Positions 59,816 to 64,000 of a stretch of DNA of 64,000 nt are shown here, one piece after another. Every line of letters begins with the position of its first letter. Within the stretch, counting starts at the first letter, position 1. Location of the stretch: positions 138,523 through 202,522 of the forward strand of contig JAUSJO010000005.1 of NCBI GenBank assembly GCA_030647205.1. The letters run 5' to 3'. Made by a program: the position numbers and the translations under genes. Under the pieces are notes generated by a model. It ran no database searches and was not told the DNA's origin. It worked only from the letters and a program-made list of their open reading frames with translations. Source of the stretch: a bacterium. Its GTDB lineage: Bacteria > Patescibacteriota > CPR2 > UBA1875 > JAJYID01.

Positions 59816-60508
59816 ATGAGCAACAGCACAAAAAACACAACAGATCGCCACGTGAAAACGCGTGGGTTCACTATTCCCGCAGCCGGTTTCGCCCTCGGTG
59901 ACAGGAAAACCGGGATCGTATACATAAGGAATCACTCGGGAGAGGTCATCAAGCCCAAGACCAGGATTCTGGTCCGAGTCAGCGGTCCGAGTGCGATAGA
60001 TGTGGTAGTTTTCAAGCAGGAGAGCGGCCAGAAGAAAGGCGGCTGCGTAGTCGTCAACACGGTCGAGGATCTGTGTGCGCTTATGGGTATCAAACCCACT
60101 AAGCCGAGTGCTCCGAAGAGGCAGAGCAGCAGCAGGCCGAAAAGTATCAAAACGGCCTTCATGAATCTGTCCATAGACCACCAGTCACCCAGTGGAGCTA
60201 TCATGGGTATGGCTGTGGTTGACTGCGGCGAAGCAGGAGAGACCCCGATTTACTTCGTTTCTCACACGAACGAAGAGATCAAAAAGGGAACTTCGGTTGA
60301 GGTGACCTGGCTTAGCGGCAAGACTTTTGTCGTGAAGCCGGTGGATGAGGAAGTAGACAGTGTTACCACTGATGCTTCCACGATCCCGTCACTTCTTGGT
60401 GTGAATGTCGCCAAGTATGCGACCCCCAAGACCCTTCCCGTTTCTACCGAAAGATTGGCCACGAAGTATGGCGCTCGCAGGGGCGATAAGGTCGAGGTTT
60501 CGGCGTAG
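59816..60508 (+). CDS. Hypothetical protein (230 aa), strongly GC-rich, with AbrB/SpoVT-like motifs at both ends
   Basis: GC is far above the flanking ribosomal genes. N-terminal RGFTIPAAGFALGD and C-terminal TLPVSTERLATKYGARRGDKVEV resemble swapped-hairpin DNA-binding segments. Confidence 0.55.
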   Translation: MSNSTKNTTDRHVKTRGFTIPAAGFALGDRKTGIVYIRNHSGEVIKPKTRILVRVSGPSAIDVVVFKQESGQKKGGCVVVNTVEDLCALMGIKPTKPSAPKRQSSSRPKSIKTAFMNLSIDHQSPSGAIMGMAVVDCGEAGETPIYFVSHTNEEIKKGTSVEVTWLSGKTFVVKPVDEEVDSVTTDASTIPSLLGVNVAKYATPKTLPVSTERLATKYGARRGDKVEVSA

Positions 60509-60532
60509 TTCGGGGATATCCCCCAAGAAGAG

Positions 60533-60563
60533 GGCCGGCGCAAATGCGCGCTGGCCCTTTTTT
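60533..60563 (+). terminator. Intrinsic terminator
   Basis: gggccggcgc aaat gcgcgctggccc tttttt. Confidence 0.75.
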
Positions 60564-60657
60564 CTATGGTAATTTTTTAATAATAAATTGATTGACATGG
60601 TATTTTTTATGCTATACATTGAGGGAAACAAAAACATAAGCGTAAAAAGGAGTAAAA

Positions 60658-61137
60658 ATGAAAAAAGAAAATATATTTGGAATTTTAAGGATAGTAATGG
60701 GGTGGATATTCTTGTGGCCGTTTTTGGATAAACTTTTCGGTCTGGGATATTCTACGAAATCCGGAAAAGCATGGCTTGATGGTGTTTCGCCAACGGCAGG
60801 CTTTCTAAAAAGCGCTCAAGGACCATTTGGAAATTTCTTCCATAGTTTGGCGGGAAATACGGCAGTTGACTGGCTTTTTATGCTCGGTCTGCTTCTAGTC
60901 GGTTCTGCACTAATTCTTGGAATCGGAGTAAGGATTGCGGCATATTCAGGATCAGTAATGGTGATCTTAATGTGGCTAGCTTCAATGCCGATAAAAACGA
61001 ACCCTATTATAGACGATCATATAGTTTATCTTCTAGTTTTCTTAATGCTTGCAAGTGTTGGTGCCGGCCAATATCTTGGTCTTGGCAACTGGTGGAAGAA
61101 ACAAAAGATAGTAAAAAAGAACTCAATCTTAGAATAA
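60658..61137 (+). CDS. DoxX-family membrane protein
   Basis: Four predicted TM helices. N-terminus ...GILRIVMGWIFLWPFLDKL is typical of DoxX. RBS aaaaggag. Confidence 0.5.
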   Translation: MKKENIFGILRIVMGWIFLWPFLDKLFGLGYSTKSGKAWLDGVSPTAGFLKSAQGPFGNFFHSLAGNTAVDWLFMLGLLLVGSALILGIGVRIAAYSGSVMVILMWLASMPIKTNPIIDDHIVYLLVFLMLASVGAGQYLGLGNWWKKQKIVKKNSILE

Positions 61138-61271
61138 AAAATTATTTGACCGGTAATCTTGGTTGTGTTAGATTGAGATTACAAACAATTTGACAAGGGG
61201 GAGGGGTGATCCTTCCTTTTTGTGTGTACTTTTTACAAATTTCCCAATTTTCTTAGAGAAAGGCGGACAAA

Positions 61272-61628
61272 ATGGAGAATCAAGCAGAAGCCGTAGATGT
61301 GGCTGGTAAGGTAGAGATATCCGAATTCTACTGTCCTAGCTGTGGCGCTGATCTGGCAAAATCAATAAGGTTTGCTTATATAGTTGAGGAGGCCGGATCT
61401 ATCATTATGGTTGATGGACAACCTAGGGTTGTGCCCAAAAAGTTCCCATTTCAAAACCAGACAGGAAATCACATTGTTCATCGAGTAAACTGTGCTCGCT
61501 GCGGCCACTCTGTTTCTGACTTAATAAGAAACAGAAAATTCTACATATCCAGTGTTGAAGAGCCGCCTCTCGATGATGAATCTGACCAGGAATCGTCGTT
61601 CGATTTTTTGACAAAAAATAAGCACTGA
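61272..61628 (+). CDS. Zinc-ribbon hypothetical protein, GC-rich
   Basis: CPSCGADL...CARCGHS tetracysteine ribbon. Terminator at 61643-61680. Confidence 0.5.
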   Translation: MENQAEAVDVAGKVEISEFYCPSCGADLAKSIRFAYIVEEAGSIIMVDGQPRVVPKKFPFQNQTGNHIVHRVNCARCGHSVSDLIRNRKFYISSVEEPPLDDESDQESSFDFLTKNKH

Positions 61629-61642
61629 TCTTTCCTAGTAAT

Positions 61643-61680
61643 GCCCCGGGACTAACGTTGTCCCGGGGCACAACATTTTA
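61643..61680 (+). terminator. Hairpin terminator
   Basis: gccccgggac taacgtt gtcccggggc followed by an A/T-rich stretch. Confidence 0.6.
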
Positions 61681-61693
61681 GCTTAAAAATTTG

Positions 61694-61722
61694 TTGACTT
61701 TAGCTCACATTTAGCTTATAAT
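61694..61722 (+). promoter_or_regulatory. Consensus promoter that re-initiates the rplC-rplD-rplW-rplB operon
   Basis: ttgact, 17 nt, tataat. Confidence 0.6.
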
Positions 61723-61832
61723 CTTTTAAGTTATTTAAATATAACGGAATAATAACTAAAATCAACGGGGTACAGGTAAGTCCTTAAGGAAACTATTTGT
61801 ATGTCGGAAAAGTTTTTTTTGCGCCAAAAAAT

Positions 61833-62432
61833 ATGAAAGCAATATTAGCCAAAAAAATAGGTATGACCAACTATTTCAACGATAAGGGTGAGATGGTTCC
61901 TGTTACATTGGTTGAGGCCGGTCCATGCGTAATTACACAGATTAAAACCAAAGAAAAAGACGGTTATGAGGCAGTCCAGATTGGATTTGGCGAAAAAAAG
62001 AAGCTTGGTAAAGCTCTAGCGGGACATCTCGGTAAAGCAAAATCAAGGCACCTAAAAGAAGTAGAAATGGATGTAACGGACGTAAAAGTTGGTGGCACCA
62101 TAACATGTGAAGTTTTTGCAGAAGGCGAAAAGGTACATGTTACAGGTCTCAGCAAAGGTAAAGGTTTCGCCGGGACAATAAAAAGGCATAATTTCCATCG
62201 TGGTCCCATGACTCATGGTTCTCGCAACCACAGAGCGCCTGGTTCTATCGGAGCGATGTATCCTCAGCATGTTTTCAAAGGAAGAAAGCTTCCGGGACAG
62301 ATGGGTCATGCTCAAGTTACGGTAAAAAATCTGAAGATTGAAAAAGTTGATGCCGGTAAAAACATTTTAGCGGTTAAGGGTGCTATACCGGGACCTAGAA
62401 AATCATTAATTCTAATTAAAAGCGTAGGATAA
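61833..62432 (+). CDS. rplC: Ribosomal protein L3
   Basis: MKAILAKKIGMTNYF start and a conserved L3 core. The track start at 61797 is an in-frame upstream ATG with no support. Confidence 0.93.
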   Translation: MKAILAKKIGMTNYFNDKGEMVPVTLVEAGPCVITQIKTKEKDGYEAVQIGFGEKKKLGKALAGHLGKAKSRHLKEVEMDVTDVKVGGTITCEVFAEGEKVHVTGLSKGKGFAGTIKRHNFHRGPMTHGSRNHRAPGSIGAMYPQHVFKGRKLPGQMGHAQVTVKNLKIEKVDAGKNILAVKGAIPGPRKSLILIKSVG

Positions 62433-62435
62433 AAG

Positions 62436-63053
62436 ATGAAAGTAGCAGTTTACGACAAAGCGGGTAAAAAAGCGGAGACTTCAGTTACGACGAAGCTTTT
62501 TGACGGAAAGGCAAACGAAGCATTGCTTGCTGAAGCTATTTATATTTTATCTTCAAATAAACGGCAAGCACCGGCAAGTACGCTTGATAGATCAGAAGTT
62601 TCGGGTGGGGGCAAAAAGCCATGGAGACAAAAAGGTACAGGACGAGCAAGAGCCGGATCTTCAAGATCACCAATCTGGAGAAGTGGTGGCGTGACATTTG
62701 GTCCAAGACAGGAGCAGAACTTCAAGCTTGATATGCCAAAGAAGAAGAGACAAGCAGCTCTTAAGGCTGCGCTTACAACCAAAAAGGAAGAAGATGTCAT
62801 TGTTTTAAAAGATTTAAAACTCGAAAAACCAAGTACAAAGTTGTTTGCAGGTCTTTTTAAAAAACTGGATTTAAACAGAAACGTGTTGGTTGTGACAGAA
62901 AAGCCGGATGTAAATGTTTATAAAAGCGTAAGAAACTTAAGCTGTGGTGTGAAAATATACAGCTACAAAGAAATGAATGCATATGATGTTCTTTGGGCAA
63001 AGAAGCTTGTATTTTTAGGTGACAGCTTGAAGCTGGCCGGAGGAGATAAATAA
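62436..63053 (+). CDS. rplD: Ribosomal protein L4
   Basis: GGGKKPWRQKGTGRAR and an L4 core. Confidence 0.93.
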   Translation: MKVAVYDKAGKKAETSVTTKLFDGKANEALLAEAIYILSSNKRQAPASTLDRSEVSGGGKKPWRQKGTGRARAGSSRSPIWRSGGVTFGPRQEQNFKLDMPKKKRQAALKAALTTKKEEDVIVLKDLKLEKPSTKLFAGLFKKLDLNRNVLVVTEKPDVNVYKSVRNLSCGVKIYSYKEMNAYDVLWAKKLVFLGDSLKLAGGDK

Positions 63054-63337
63054 TGGAAATGCTTAAGATCCTAAAAAGGCCGGTAATAAGCGAGAAAAGT
63101 TTTGCCCATGCAGAAAATGGGAAATATGTTTTTGTTGTTTCGACTGAGTCAAACAAGATCGAAATCAAAAAAGCGATAGAGAAACTTTTCAAGGTCACAG
63201 TTTTGGAAGTCAGAACGGTTGTAATGAAGGGAAAAGTCAAAAGAGTAGGGCGAAAATTCGGTAAGAGAAGCGACTTCAAAAAAGCCTATGTAACGCTTAA
63301 AGAAGGCGACAAAATAGAGGAGTTCAAAGGGATTTAA
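63053..63337 (+). CDS. rplW: Ribosomal protein L23
   Basis: ILKRPVISEKS...KKAIEKLFKVTVLEVRT. Confidence 0.93.
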   Translation: MEMLKILKRPVISEKSFAHAENGKYVFVVSTESNKIEIKKAIEKLFKVTVLEVRTVVMKGKVKRVGRKFGKRSDFKKAYVTLKEGDKIEEFKGI

Positions 63338-64000
63338 ATGGCAGTAAAACTAGTAAAACCAACATCAAACGCACGTCGCAAGATGAGTATGGACGATTTT
63401 CTTGATATTACAAAGAAAAAGCCAGAGAAGTCTTTGACTGTTCCTTTGAAGAAAAAAGCGGGCCGAAACGCTCAAGGAAAGATCACGGTTCGTCACAGAG
63501 GCGGTGGAGCAAAAAGAATGTACCGTATTATCGACTTTCGAATGGCCGGTAATGTTGAAGGAACTATCACTGCTATTGAGTACGATCCAAACAGAAATGC
63601 ACGAATTGCGCTAGTTCAGAAAAAAGAAGGCGGTAAATTTTATATGATAGCTCCAAAGGGCGCGCGAGTTGGCAAAAAAATCATTGCCGGCGAAAAAGCA
63701 GACCCAAGAAGCGGAAACAGGATGATATTAAAAGATATTCCTGTTGGAACAGTAATTTACAATGTTGAGTTGACACCGGGCAAGGGCGGACAGATAGCTC
63801 GAGGTGCCGGAACAAAAGCGCAGCTTATGGCAAAAGAAGGAAAATATGTACAGGTTAAGCTTCCTTCCGGAGAACAAAGATTAGTCGATGAAAACTGTCT
63901 GGCATCAATCGGAGAAGTTTCAAATTCAGAGCATAAGAATATAAAAGTTGGTAAAGCCGGAAGAAAAAGACACATGGGTATAAGACCGACCGTTCGAGGT
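63338..64000 (+). CDS. rplB: Ribosomal protein L2 (3' end cut by the window)
   Basis: MAVKLVKPTSNARR...RHRGGGAKR...GAGTKAQL, open to the window edge. Confidence 0.93.
   Translation, partial: MAVKLVKPTSNARRKMSMDDFLDITKKKPEKSLTVPLKKKAGRNAQGKITVRHRGGGAKRMYRIIDFRMAGNVEGTITAIEYDPNRNARIALVQKKEGGKFYMIAPKGARVGKKIIAGEKADPRSGNRMILKDIPVGTVIYNVELTPGKGGQIARGAGTKAQLMAKEGKYVQVKLPSGEQRLVDENCLASIGEVSNSEHKNIKVGKAGRKRHMGIRPTVRG

Overview
The window is a compact, mostly plus-strand, low-GC (about 40%) bacterial chromosome segment. The housekeeping content is gatB, dnaE, rplS-rnhB-yraN, nusA, clpC, radA-yacL, murB, class A PBP, tyrS, recG, tig-clpP-nif3, and a long ribosomal/RNAP block rpoB-rpoC-rpsL-rpsG-fusA-tuf-rpsJ | rplC-rplD-rplW-rplB. 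The archaeal-type NadM, a SemiSWEET, ComEA, many DUF proteins and the gene order suggest a small-genome, Patescibacteria/CPR-like or other streamlined bacterium; this is inference only.

Features not explained by the housekeeping genes:
- A mosaic palindromic intergenic repeat family with five same-orientation copies, plus a fragment inserted in frame inside recG.
- A GC-rich three-gene block, with its own promoters and terminators, inserted between rpsJ and rplC. rpsJ now carries its own terminator and rplC its own consensus promoter.
- Several other GC-rich single-ORF cassettes, each with a private intrinsic terminator. One is flanked by perfect 17-bp direct repeats.
- An HTH-antitoxin/Doc-toxin pair that is translationally coupled to a 373-aa unknown protein.
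- A tandem triplet of AbrB/MazE-like mini-proteins with no toxin nearby.
- A three-gene membrane-protein array that shares an N-terminal Lys-rich/GDxFYR motif.
- A degenerate tRNA-like element.

No CRISPR array, rRNA gene or convincing canonical tRNA was seen.
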